64,000 nucleotides of DNA from an uncultured Phycisphaerae bacterium (lineage in GTDB: Bacteria > Planctomycetota > Phycisphaerae > SM23-33), in the NCBI GenBank assembly GCA_963760365.1, contig CAVXDC010000012.1:2475-66474 (forward strand), given 5' to 3'. This document shows positions 31,443 through 40,924 of this stretch, piece by piece. The notes below the pieces were generated by a model. The model did not search any database, had not been told where the DNA came from, and was given only the letters and a program-made list of their open reading frames with translations. Position numbers and translations under genes: made by a program. How positions within the stretch are numbered: position 1 is the first letter of the stretch; each line of letters begins with the position of its first letter.

Positions 31443-33470
31443 ATGATAGAACCCCCCTCCACAGGAGCGAGAAGGCCCTCTTCCGGCGGGTTCGCCTGGA
31501 CGGAAGGATTGCTGCTGAAGCACCGTCTGACCTTCAACGTCGTGGTCCACGCGGTGCTGTTTGCGCTGGCGCTGCTCCTGGCCTACTTGGTCCGTTTTGA
31601 GGTGGCCGGAGAGCAGGCCCGAAAGGGGTGGTTCCTGAGCTCCTTCCTGCCGATGCTGCCGTTCTTTATCATCGTCAAGATCATCATCTTCGGGGCGACC
31701 AACCTTTTCCGCGGCGGCTGGCAGTACGCCTCGATCCGCGACATCGGAAACATCCTGTTTGCCTCGTGGTTGTTCCTGCTGGTGATGTATGTGCCGATCG
31801 TCGCGGTCCGCTGGCTTGAGGCCTATGGGGGCGTGACGCTGGCCTACGTAGGTGACTACATCAAGTCCTACCCAACCGGTGTGCTGTTTTTGGACTTCCT
31901 GGCCAGCATCTTCCTGGTCTGCACGGCCCGGCTGGGGTTCCGTATCTACCGCGAGGAGCTTCGGCCGATGTCCAAGGAGGGGGTGCGCCGCGTGCTGGTT
32001 GTCGGGGCCGGGAACGCGGCCGAGGCGATCGTCCGGGAGATCCACCGCATGCCCGTGGAGCGATTCAGGGTTATCGGCCTGGTGGACGACGACCCGGCCA
32101 AGCAGCATCTGATCATCCACGGCGTGCCCGTGTTGGGCCACACGACTGAGATCCGGCGGATCTGCGAAGAGGAGGACGTCGAGGAGATTATCGTCGCGAT
32201 GCCCTCGGCCACGCAGAAGGAGCTCCGCCGCGTGATTGAGCTGTGCAGCGGCACGAAGCTGAAGTTCCAATCGCTGCCGGGCGTGAGCGACCTGATCGAC
32301 GGGCGGGTGACCGTCTCGCAGATCCGCCCGGTGGACATCCACGACCTCCTGGGCCGCCAGGCCGTGGCCCTGGATAGCGAGGCCATCGGCCGGTTCCTCC
32401 GCGGTCGGCGGGTGCTCATCACCGGGGCCGGTGGGAGCATCGGCTCGGAGATGTGCCGTCAGGTAGCCCATTACCAGCCCGCTCAGCTCATCCTTGTGGA
32501 GCAGGCCGAAAACCCTCTCTACGAGATCGAGAACGAGCTGCGCTCCAGGCACGGCGACATCCCGCTGGTCGTCTGCGTGTGCGACATCTTCGACCGCCAG
32601 CGCGTCATGAGCGTGTGGAAGACGCACCGGCCGGAAGTGGTCATCCACGCCGCCGCCCACAAGCACGTGCCGCTGATGGAGCACAACCCCTGCGAGGCGA
32701 TTAAGAACAACGTCCTCGGCACGCGCAACGTGGCCGACGCCTCCGTCGCGTACGGCGCGGCGGAGTTCATCACCATCTCCACCGACAAGGCCGTCAACCC
32801 CTCCTCTGTGATGGGCGCCTCCAAGCGCGTCGCGGAGATCTACACGCAGGCCCTCAGCGCCTCCAACAGCAGCAAGACGCAGTTCAAGGCCGTGCGGTTC
32901 GGCAACGTGCTGGACTCGGCCGGCTCGGTCGTCCCCGCCTTCCGCCAGCAGATCGCCGAGGGCGGACCGGTCCGCGTCACCCACCCGGAGATGCGGCGAT
33001 ACTTCATGACCATCTCCGAGGCCTCGCAACTGGTCCTCCAGGCCGCCGCGACGGGAACCGGCGGGCAGATCTACGTGCTGGACATGGGCGAACCGGTCAA
33101 GATCGTGGACCTGGCGCGGCAGATGATCACCCTCAGCGGCTTTCGGCCCGGGGAGGACATCGACATCGCCTTCACCGGCGTCCGTCCCGGCGAGAAGCTC
33201 TTTGAGGAGCTGCGCACCTCCGGAGAGGACATCGAACCGACCGTCCATCCCAAGGTGCTCGTCTGGCGTAGTAAGCCTATGGACCTGGCCGTCATCAACA
33301 AGGTCATGGACGAGCTGGAGGCGCTGGCGAACTCCACGGACCGCCCCAAGATCATCGCTGCGCTCCAGCGCCTGGTACCGGAGTACGCACCCCTCAATTC
33401 TCCCTCGCCGGCCGAAGGGGGAATCGCCTCGGTTTCCTCGGCGGCGGGCGACGCTCTGGCGACCCCATGA
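31443..33470 (+). CDS. Membrane-anchored UDP-N-acetylglucosamine 4,6-dehydratase (PglF/CapD/WbpM family)
   Basis: Four N-terminal TM helices, a Rossmann core (LITGAGGSIGSE), and the catalytic region (HAAAHKHVPLME...STDKAVNP..MGASKRVAE). Confidence 0.9.
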   Translation: MIEPPSTGARRPSSGGFAWTEGLLLKHRLTFNVVVHAVLFALALLLAYLVRFEVAGEQARKGWFLSSFLPMLPFFIIVKIIIFGATNLFRGGWQYASIRDIGNILFASWLFLLVMYVPIVAVRWLEAYGGVTLAYVGDYIKSYPTGVLFLDFLASIFLVCTARLGFRIYREELRPMSKEGVRRVLVVGAGNAAEAIVREIHRMPVERFRVIGLVDDDPAKQHLIIHGVPVLGHTTEIRRICEEEDVEEIIVAMPSATQKELRRVIELCSGTKLKFQSLPGVSDLIDGRVTVSQIRPVDIHDLLGRQAVALDSEAIGRFLRGRRVLITGAGGSIGSEMCRQVAHYQPAQLILVEQAENPLYEIENELRSRHGDIPLVVCVCDIFDRQRVMSVWKTHRPEVVIHAAAHKHVPLMEHNPCEAIKNNVLGTRNVADASVAYGAAEFITISTDKAVNPSSVMGASKRVAEIYTQALSASNSSKTQFKAVRFGNVLDSAGSVVPAFRQQIAEGGPVRVTHPEMRRYFMTISEASQLVLQAAATGTGGQIYVLDMGEPVKIVDLARQMITLSGFRPGEDIDIAFTGVRPGEKLFEELRTSGEDIEPTVHPKVLVWRSKPMDLAVINKVMDELEALANSTDRPKIIAALQRLVPEYAPLNSPSPAEGGIASVSSAAGDALATP

Positions 33471-33511
33471 CTAGGGCCAACAGGCGATAGCGCCCTGGGA
33501 GGACGCAACGT

Positions 33512-34639
33512 ATGGCGGAACAGTCGGTGCCGCTTTCCGGCCCGGACATCACGGACCAGGAGGTGCAGGCGGTCGCCGCGGTGCTTCGCAGCGGCCGACT
33601 GAGCATCGGCCCGCGGCTCCAGGCTTTTGAAACCGCTGTGGCGGCCCGCGCGGGACGAACGCACGGCATCGGGGTCAGCAGCGGCACCTGCGGACTGCAC
33701 CTGGCCGTGCGGGCGCTGGGGATCGGCGAAGGGGACAAGGTCATCACGACCCCGTTCTCGTTCATCGCCACCACCAACTGCCTGCTGTTCGAACGCGCCA
33801 GGCCCGTATTCGTGGACATCGACCCGGCCAGCTACAACCTCGATCCGGCGGCCCTGGAAGCGGCCATTACCCCGCGCTCCAAGGCCATCCTGCCGGTGGA
33901 AGTCTTCGGCCACATGGCCCACTTCGACCGCTACGAGCAGATCGCCCGCCAGCACGGGCTGGCGTTGATCGAGGACTGCTGCGAGGCCCTGGGGGCGGTG
34001 CGGGACGGCCGGCCCGCGGGCAGCTTCGGGGAGGTTGGCGTGTTCGCCTTCTACCCCAACAAGCAGATGACCACCGGCGAGGGTGGGATGATCGTGACCG
34101 ATGACGACCGCCTGGCCGACCTGTGCCGCTCGCTGCGCAACCAGGGGCGCGACACGGCGGACTGGCTGAGCCATGCGCGACTGGGCTACAACTACCGCCT
34201 GAGCGAAATCCATGCCGCCCTTGGGGAAGTTCAGATGCGACGCCTGGACGACCTGCTCGCCCGCCGCCGCCACGCGGCCGACTTGTACGACCACGCCCTG
34301 GGGGAGATCCAGGAGGTGCACCTGCCGCCGATGCACGACCGCGCGACGGCAAGCTGGTTCGTGTACGTCATCCGCCTGGCCGACCGCTTCAGCCAGGCCG
34401 ACCGGGACACGGTCCTGGCGCACCTGCGGGCCGGCGGCATCGGTTGCAACCCGTACTTCGTGCCCATTCATCTCCAGCCGTACATCCGCAAGATGCTGGG
34501 CACGAAAGAGGGCGACTTCCCCGTCACCGAGGCCGTGGCCGAGCGGACCATCGCCCTGCCGTTCTTTGCGGGTCTGAGCGAGGACCAGGTGCAGGCCGTC
34601 AAGAAGGCCCTCACCTCGGCCTTGGCCGCCGTCTCCTAG
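33512..34639 (+). CDS. DegT/DnrJ/EryC1/StrS family sugar aminotransferase (PglE-like)
   Basis: PLP fold-type I sugar aminotransferase motifs (LAVRALGIGEGDKVITTPFSFIAT; FYPNKQMTTGEGGMIV). Confidence 0.9.
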   Translation: MAEQSVPLSGPDITDQEVQAVAAVLRSGRLSIGPRLQAFETAVAARAGRTHGIGVSSGTCGLHLAVRALGIGEGDKVITTPFSFIATTNCLLFERARPVFVDIDPASYNLDPAALEAAITPRSKAILPVEVFGHMAHFDRYEQIARQHGLALIEDCCEALGAVRDGRPAGSFGEVGVFAFYPNKQMTTGEGGMIVTDDDRLADLCRSLRNQGRDTADWLSHARLGYNYRLSEIHAALGEVQMRRLDDLLARRRHAADLYDHALGEIQEVHLPPMHDRATASWFVYVIRLADRFSQADRDTVLAHLRAGGIGCNPYFVPIHLQPYIRKMLGTKEGDFPVTEAVAERTIALPFFAGLSEDQVQAVKKALTSALAAVS

Positions 34640-34718
34640 GGACGTCGCCTCGATGCACGGATCGGCCAAGAAGTCGCAAGGTGGGGAGCGTCCTGCCTCC
34701 GGCAGGGAAAAATCGACC

Positions 34719-35876
34719 ATGAGCCGAGTGCGAGAGGATTTCCAAAAAACCTTTGCGGACTGGCTGGGTGTGCCCTACGCCTTTGCCTTCTGGAGGGGCC
34801 GTGTGGCGATCTATGCCATCCTCCGCGCGCTGGGAATCCAAGAGGGCGACGAGGTCATCCTCCCCGGCTATACCTGCGTGGTCGCGGTCAACCCCATCAA
34901 GTACCTCGGCGCCAAACCGGTGTACGTGGACATTGAACCGCACACCTACAACATCGACGTGGACCAGATCGAGCGGAGGATCACCCCGCGGACCAAGCTC
35001 TTGGTCGCTCAGCACACCTACGGGTATCCGGCGGAGATGGAGGCCATCCTGGACATCGCCCGCCGCCACGGTCTGCCCGTCATGGAGGACTCCTGCCTGG
35101 CGGTGGGGTCGACCTACAAGGGCCGAAAAACCGGCACGTTCGGCCTGGCCTCGTGTTTCTCCGGCCAGTGGAACAAGCCCTTCACCACCGGCATCGGCGG
35201 CATCGCCGTGACCGCCGACCGTGAGCTGGCGGAGAAGATCCGCCGACGGTGCGAGCAGGAGGCCTTCCAGCCGGGAAGGGGGGAGTGCGCCCTGCTGGCT
35301 GCCCAACGCCTGGCCTACAAGGCGGTGGTATTTCCGCAAACCACCGCCGCGGTCCAGTGGTTGTTCCGTTGGCTGGTGAGAAAGAAGGTGCTTGTGGGTA
35401 GCGCAACCCCCAGCGAATGCCGTCTGGAACCCCAAAGGGAGTTCTTCAAACTCATGGGCAATGGGCAGGCCCGTTGTGGGCGGCGGGAGGTCGCCCGATT
35501 GGAAACCAACCTCCAGCACCGCCGCCGCATGACTGCCCTCTATGATCGCCTGCTGACTGAACGGGGTTGGCCGAGGCGGGTGACGCCCGACTACATAGAC
35601 CCTGTTTTAGTCCGCTATCCTATTCGCGTGGCCGACAAGGCCCGGGCCGTCGCCTTAGCCGCCCGCAAGGGCATCGAGCTGGGCACGTGGTTTGAGTCGC
35701 CCCTGCACCAGGCGCTGGTGTCGCTGGATCATTACGACTATGCTTTCGGCTCCTGTCCCGTGGCCGAGCGGGCCACCCGCGAGGTGGTCAACCTGCCCAC
35801 CCACCGCCGCGTCAGCCCGCGCGTGGCCCGCAAGACCGTCAACTTCATCTGCCGGATCGGCCCGTCCCAACTCTAA
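34719..35876 (+). CDS. Second, divergent DegT-family aminotransferase
   Basis: ILRALGIQEGDEVILPGYTCVVAVNPI...LAVGSTYKGRKTGTFG. The ATG at 34719 was preferred over the upstream extension. Confidence 0.75.
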   Translation: MSRVREDFQKTFADWLGVPYAFAFWRGRVAIYAILRALGIQEGDEVILPGYTCVVAVNPIKYLGAKPVYVDIEPHTYNIDVDQIERRITPRTKLLVAQHTYGYPAEMEAILDIARRHGLPVMEDSCLAVGSTYKGRKTGTFGLASCFSGQWNKPFTTGIGGIAVTADRELAEKIRRRCEQEAFQPGRGECALLAAQRLAYKAVVFPQTTAAVQWLFRWLVRKKVLVGSATPSECRLEPQREFFKLMGNGQARCGRREVARLETNLQHRRRMTALYDRLLTERGWPRRVTPDYIDPVLVRYPIRVADKARAVALAARKGIELGTWFESPLHQALVSLDHYDYAFGSCPVAERATREVVNLPTHRRVSPRVARKTVNFICRIGPSQL

Positions 35877-35988
35877 CACGTGCTCCGCACCGGGAAATGG
35901 GGGCAATAGCCTTCAGGCTCCGGTCGCGTGGGATGAACGACTTTTGCTCACAGGATGAGGATCGCGTGCAGCATCTACCCTCGGCGAT

Positions 35989-36858
35989 CTACGCAAAGAC
36001 GATCGACGCGTAGCCGACGGTGGTGTCGTCGGGGTCGTCGGGGTAGACGGCGTGGACGACCTGGTAGCTGTTGGTGTATTCCAGGCAGATCCCGCGTGTG
36101 GCTCCAAGCTCGCGGCAGGCGGCGATGGTCGCGGCGACGGCGCCCGCCCCGCAGGCGTTGCCGCGGGACTCAGCCTCGTTCACCACCTTCTGGGCCGAGA
36201 GCCGCTCCATCAGGTCGATCATGCGCCGGTCGTTGGCGACGGTCCACCGCACGCCCACCTCCCCTCGCCCGCCGGGGGCGGGAAAGTTCCCGGCGTGATG
36301 CGTCAGGTCGGTGCTGCCGACCACGCGGACGCCCGCCCAGCCGGCCAGCGCCCGCCCCACCGCCCGGCCGATGTCCATCGCGAGCGCCGTCGGCGGGACG
36401 GTGACGGGCACGATGCGGGCCTGGGGGCACAGCAGCTTAATGAGCGGCAACTGGACCTCCAGGGAGTGCTCGTGGGCATGGGCCTGGGGGTTGGCCCGCA
36501 AGGCCGGGTCTGCTTTGAGGATGGCGGCGGCGAGTTTTTCGTCAACGGCCAGGTCGCCCACCGGCGTCCGCCAGCTTCCGCGGTCATACACCTCACCCTC
36601 GCTGGCCGCCCCGACGTGGTCGGCCCCCAGCAGCACGAACGTCTCCACCTCGCCGGCGGCCGCCAAGGCCTTGAACGTCATCGCGGCCAGCCTCCCGGAA
36701 TAGACCCATCCGGCGTGCGGCACGATTCCCCCGTACAGCACGGCCGGGAGGTCGGGCGGCAGCTCGGCCTGGGCGATCAGATGGCCGGCGTGGCGCCGGC
36801 AGTCATCGCTCGAGGCGTCGTAGAAGCTTCCGGCACGGAAGGGGCTGCGAACGGTCAT
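35989..36858 (-). CDS. MEMO1-family protein (AmmeMemoRadiSam system protein B homolog)
   Basis: GIVPHAGWVYSG...LGADH...HEHSLEVQLPLIK...GSTDLTHH pattern of the MEMO1/extradiol-dioxygenase-like fold. Confidence 0.75.
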   Translation of the reverse strand: MTVRSPFRAGSFYDASSDDCRRHAGHLIAQAELPPDLPAVLYGGIVPHAGWVYSGRLAAMTFKALAAAGEVETFVLLGADHVGAASEGEVYDRGSWRTPVGDLAVDEKLAAAILKADPALRANPQAHAHEHSLEVQLPLIKLLCPQARIVPVTVPPTALAMDIGRAVGRALAGWAGVRVVGSTDLTHHAGNFPAPGGRGEVGVRWTVANDRRMIDLMERLSAQKVVNEAESRGNACGAGAVAATIAACRELGATRGICLEYTNSYQVVHAVYPDDPDDTTVGYASIVFA

Positions 36859-36965
36859 GGGGCACCTTGCTCTTTGTCCTTGTCCTTATTAAATGCCGTT
36901 GGTGGCAGCCGTTGCCACAGGTATTATCGTTCCATTATAACCCCGCACCGGGGGGAGGAAAACTT

Positions 36966-37616
36966 GTGGCCGTCAACGTCTACAAGCCCTGGAAGAGCCT
37001 GAACTGGCCCAACCGCATCACCATCATCCGCCTGCTGCTGGTGGCCCCGTTCGTGATCCTGCTGACCAACCAGGACAGTTGGCCTCATGCGCGCTATGCG
37101 GCGATGGCCATCTTTGCGGTGATGGCCCTGTCGGACCTGCTGGACGGTGTGCTGGCCCGGCGGCTCCGCGCCCGCACCCGCCTGGGCGCCATCCTGGACC
37201 CCCTGGCCGACAAGGTGCTGATCATCTGCTCGGCCGTGCTGCTGTCGCTGCCGCACTCCGCGCCGCCGGGGGTGATCCTGTCCAACTGGATCGTCGTCTT
37301 CATCGTCGGCAAGGACCTGTGGGTGATCCTGGGGTTCCTGGTGATATACTTGGTGACCGACAAGTTCCTCATCCACCCGGCCAAGGCGGGCAAGGCCTGC
37401 ACGGTGGGGCAGCTCGTCATGGTGATGCTGTTCCTGGCTGGACCCGACCTCAACCGCCTGGCCGGGGGGCTGGGTAGCAGGATCGCCCTGGCCGCGGGCT
37501 GGGTCGTGGCAGGGCTGTGCGTGCTGGCGGTGATCAGCTACACCCGCATGGGCCTGTCCTTCATCGCCCAGGAAGAAAAGCCCCTGGAAAACACCGGCCA
37601 CAAAAAGAACCCCTAA
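36966..37616 (+). CDS. pgsA: CDP-alcohol phosphatidyltransferase (phosphatidylglycerophosphate synthase-like)
   Basis: [24 protein letters not shown] is the D-G-x2-A-R...G-x3-D-x3-D motif. GGAGGA ribosome-binding site with a GTG start at 36966. Confidence 0.8.
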   Translation: MAVNVYKPWKSLNWPNRITIIRLLLVAPFVILLTNQDSWPHARYAAMAIFAVMALSDLLDGVLARRLRARTRLGAILDPLADKVLIICSAVLLSLPHSAPPGVILSNWIVVFIVGKDLWVILGFLVIYLVTDKFLIHPAKAGKACTVGQLVMVMLFLAGPDLNRLAGGLGSRIALAAGWVVAGLCVLAVISYTRMGLSFIAQEEKPLENTGHKKNP

Positions 37617-37623
37617 GCAACCG

Positions 37624-38852
37624 ATGCACGCGATTGATGAAATCCTGGCCGAGCTGCGAAGCGGGCGGATGATCGTCCTGGTGGACGACGAGAACCGCGA
37701 GAACGAGGGCGACCTGGTCTGCGCGGCCGAGAAGATCACGCCCGAGGCCGTCAACTTCATGCTCCACGAGGCCCGCGGCGTGCTCTGCGTGCCGATGACG
37801 GGCGACCGGGCCGACCGGCTGGCGCTGTACCCCCAGGCCAGCGAGAACACCGCCCTGCACGGCACGGCCTTCACCGTGACCGTCGATGCGGCCGGGGGCG
37901 TGACCACCGGCGTGTCGGCCGCCGACCGGGCTAGGACCATCGAGGTCCTGGTCCGCGACGACAGCCGGCCCGGCGACCTCGCCCGGCCGGGACACATCAA
38001 CCCGCTGCGGGCCCGCGACGGCGGCGTGCTCGTCCGCGCCGGCCAGACCGAGGGCGCGGTGGACCTGTGCCGCCTGGCGGGGCTGAAGCCCGTGGCCGTC
38101 ATCTGCGAGATCATGAACGAGGACGGCACGATGGCCCGCCTGCCCGACCTGGAAAAGTTCTGCGCCGCCACTCGCTCAAGATGTGCTCGGTGGCCGACGT
38201 CATCCGCTACCGCCTCCGCAGCGAGCGGCTGATCGACCGGGCCGTGGAGATCGACCTGCCCACCGAGGCCGGCACCTTCCACCTGATCGCCTACAAGTCC
38301 CTGGTGGACCCCGAGCCGCACCTGGCCCTGTGCACCGGCGGCGTGGGCAAGCTGGACAAGGACGGCAAGCCCATCATTCATCCCGAGCCGGTGCTGGTCC
38401 GCGTGCACAGCGAGTGCCTCACCGGCGACGTGCTGGGCTCGCTGCGGTGCGATTGCGGCCCGCAGCTCCGCACCGCCCTGCGCCAGGTGGCCGAGGCGGG
38501 CAAGGGCGCGGTGGTCTACATCCGCCAGGAGGGCCGCGGCATCGGCCTGGTCAACAAGCTGCAGGCCTACAAGCTCCAGATGGAAAAGGGCATGGACACC
38601 GTCGAGGCCAACCTCCACCTGGGCTTCCAGGCCGACACGCGGGACTACGGCATCGGCAACCAGATCCTCCGCGACCTGGGGCTGACGCAACTGCGCATCC
38701 TGACCAACAACCCGCGGAAGATCCTCGGCCTGGAGGGCTTCGGCCTGACGATCGTCGAGCGCGTGCCGCTTCTAATCCCCCCCGACGAGCACACCCGCGA
38801 CTATCTCAAGACCAAAAAGGACAAACTCGGCCATCTGCTGGAGGGTTTGTAG
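37624..38852 (+). CDS. ribBA: Bifunctional 3,4-dihydroxy-2-butanone-4-phosphate synthase / GTP cyclohydrolase II; one 1-bp frameshift near 38168
   Basis: RibB domain ([21 protein letters not shown]) in one frame and RibA (CDCGPQL...[11 protein letters not shown]) in the next. Restoring one C in gccgcc(c)actcg joins them. Confidence 0.9.
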
Positions 38853-38867
38853 ATTGTAGGGTGTGCA

Positions 38868-38910
38868 GGTTCTCCACAAAGCGGGGGTTCTGCACACGCG
38901 AATCGTCGTG
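38868..38910. repeat. GTAGGG-hairpin element (8-bp inverted repeat gtgtgcag/ctgcacac) at the ribBA 3' end and the low-GC islet boundary
   Basis: GTAGGG TGTGCAG gttctccacaaagcgggggtt CTGCACAC immediately after the ribBA stop. Same GTAGGG-plus-palindrome format as the elements at 6896, 39806 and 40886. Confidence 0.5.
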
Positions 38911-38959
38911 TTGGTTTTCTGTGGGCAACAAGTTGCCCACCCTACTGGACTTGACTGGG

Positions 38960-39748
38960 CTACTCAAACGGGCTCAAGGTATCTCTATTCGGGAATTGGA
39001 AGCTCAGTTTTGTGCCAACCGAAGCATTTGACGGAATACCCCCTGGTGGGTCGTATGCACCTACACAACCATGGCTTCTGGGCCAACGTGAATCGGCCAA
39101 TTTCTCCCAATCGTATATGCGCAATGCCCAGAAACATATTGGATCCCCATTGTCGGCTCGCACGAATACACACTCGTAGACGCACTTCCCATTGCAGCAC
39201 TCGATGCGGTCGAGATTCCTGGCCAAGCGGTTCTTCTTGATCACCTCCGGGACGAAGGATTGCTGGTCTAGGATATCATTAAACATAATTTTCTCCCCAT
39301 TTCTTCGACCCTTTGGGAAAGGTGTATGCACGAAGGAAGGGTTGGTTCTCGGCAAGTGCACATGATAGAGAGCTGCGTGGAAGCCTCGAACCCATCTCCA
39401 AACGATCCGATCCAGATTGATGTTCGTAGTGAAGGCAATAGGCGTGGCATCGTCCTGCAGTCTTCCGGCTGTGATGGCGAGACGTTGCCGTTCAGGTCGA
39501 GGAAGGCGTCCATGGTGCGCTGAAACTAACTGGGCTACGAGTTCATCCTCTCCAGACTCGGCATCGTTGCAACTGGGGTGCGTGAGCAGGATCAAAGGGT
39601 CTCCTCGATCAGCCTCAAGGAAGATCGCTTTAGGAGGAACGTGATCCCGGTTTGGCTGCTCCGCCTTCTCGAAAGGTTTGCCGCACAGGTAGCAGAAGTC
39701 TAACCTTGCACAAATCTGTAGTTCCCTTTGTGTCACGATCTGGATCAA
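38960..39748 (-). CDS. HNH endonuclease-like protein (low-GC islet)
   Basis: CYLCGKPF...NRDHVPPKAIF is an HNH-type motif (CxxC...DH..P). GC content is clearly lower than the surroundings. The likely start is TTG 39746-39748 after a GAGG ribosome-binding site, because the computed upstream extension overlaps a GTAGGG hairpin. Confidence 0.5.
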   Translation of the reverse strand: MIQIVTQRELQICARLDFCYLCGKPFEKAEQPNRDHVPPKAIFLEADRGDPLILLTHPSCNDAESGEDELVAQLVSAHHGRLPRPERQRLAITAGRLQDDATPIAFTTNINLDRIVWRWVRGFHAALYHVHLPRTNPSFVHTPFPKGRRNGEKIMFNDILDQQSFVPEVIKKNRLARNLDRIECCNGKCVYECVFVRADNGDPICFWALRIYDWEKLADSRWPRSHGCVGAYDPPGGIPSNASVGTKLSFQFPNRDTLSPFE

Positions 39749-39805
39749 GTAGTGCCTCGATTTATCTTTGCTGTTTCTCTTTACATCGTTCAGGTAGTTG
39801 CGTAG

Positions 39806-39830
39806 GGCGGGAGAATCGTTTCCCGCAGCT
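39806..39830. repeat. GTAGGG-hairpin element, copy A (gtagggcgggagaatcgtttcccgc)
   Basis: Matches copy B at 40886-40910 in 22 or 23 of 25 positions. Sits between the two low-GC islet genes. Confidence 0.6.
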
Positions 39831-39845
39831 AATGAGACACTGGCC

Positions 39846-40559
39846 CTACTTTGGCCTACCGTATAGCTTTTTCCAGCGAGACTTGATCCATGCGGCCATC
39901 CCCAGAACAACAGGAATCAACGCAGCCGTTAACATCTTGTCTGATATGGGGAATACAAAGCCTTCCTTGTACTCAAGCCCTTCGCGCAGTCTGATACTCC
40001 TGACCATTTGTTCAAGTATAGGGCTGTACTTCTCCACGTCCTTATCATCACAGTACAACACTGTCATAACCGTCCCTTGTTCCGTCAGCCTCATTCCTAT
40101 TATCCTCTTGAGGCCAGTTGGGTCGCTTATCTTCATCCAAAGAATGTGGCTTTCCGGTTCGTAGACGGGAGAACCGATGTCGAGTGAGGAACCCACTGAG
40201 GGGTCTATCTTGCTGACCTCTGTCTTGAGTCTTTGATTTATTGTCTTATATTTTTTCAACTCTTGTTCAGGCACACGTTTGGTTCTCACCTGAACCAAGA
40301 CATATGGTGTCTGCATCCAGGTTTTATTGGTCGAGGGCTGGAAACCGGCATCCATCTCCATGTTTACCGAAGCCGGTACGTTCTGCTGTAAGAGTCTAGA
40401 ATCCTCATCCAAGACGTTCTGAGGAATACGAACCCAACCGGCCGGTATCTGCATTGATATACCATCAGACACCGTGTACTGCTGCGAAGGATCGACTGCA
40501 CGGACTTGGACGGACAGCACGGCAAGAATAAGCGGGACTATCAGAAGCATTCTCATCAC
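39846..40559 (-). CDS. Hypothetical secreted protein with a C-terminal TM anchor (low-GC islet)
   Basis: Signal peptide (MMRMLLIVPLILAVLSVQVRA), C-terminal hydrophobic helix (LTAALIPVVLGMAAWI) and a basic tail. Low GC and atypical codon usage for this genome. Confidence 0.5.
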   Translation of the reverse strand: MMRMLLIVPLILAVLSVQVRAVDPSQQYTVSDGISMQIPAGWVRIPQNVLDEDSRLLQQNVPASVNMEMDAGFQPSTNKTWMQTPYVLVQVRTKRVPEQELKKYKTINQRLKTEVSKIDPSVGSSLDIGSPVYEPESHILWMKISDPTGLKRIIGMRLTEQGTVMTVLYCDDKDVEKYSPILEQMVRSIRLREGLEYKEGFVFPISDKMLTAALIPVVLGMAAWIKSRWKKLYGRPK

Positions 40560-40885
40560 AATGGTCTCCCCGTTCTCTGGTGCGTAACCGGAGCAACTAT
40601 CTTACGCGGCCAGTACTAAATGGCAAGTTTGTAGGTTGGGAAGCCCGGTGCCGTGGCCGCGGCGTTTGCGGCCACGTAGGTTACAGGCGCAACTGGGGAA
40701 AGGACTGTCGATCCAGTCGAATAGGCTCATTCACGCCCGTCTCCCACGCCCTGGCGCTGGACCACGGCCAGTCCTCCGCACGCGGCATAAGGCCACGCCG
40801 GACAGGATTATTGTGAATGTAACGGGCCTTCTCGTGAATCTCCTGGGTTGACCGCATGTTCCGGTCATACCCCCCTCCGCGCTGC

Positions 40886-40910
40886 CAGCTTGTAGGGCGG
40901 GAAACTCGTT
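40886..40910. repeat. GTAGGG-hairpin element, copy B (gtagggcgggaaactcgtttcccgc; perfect 9-bp stem)
   Basis: gcgggaaac-tc-gtttcccgc palindrome preceded by GTAGG, at the far boundary of the low-GC islet. Confidence 0.6.
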
Positions 40911-40924
40911 TCCCGCGGAATCCC

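Noticed and set aside
31437-34720. Long minus-strand ORFs (603 aa and 549 aa)
   Set aside because: They are antisense to the strongly conserved pglF and DegT genes. They contain runs of Arg/Gly/Asp and no recognisable domain.
36924-38690. A 588-aa minus-strand ORF, and the 60203-61690 plus-strand ORF
   Set aside because: They are antisense to pgsA/ribBA and to the RND pump respectively. Both are low-complexity.
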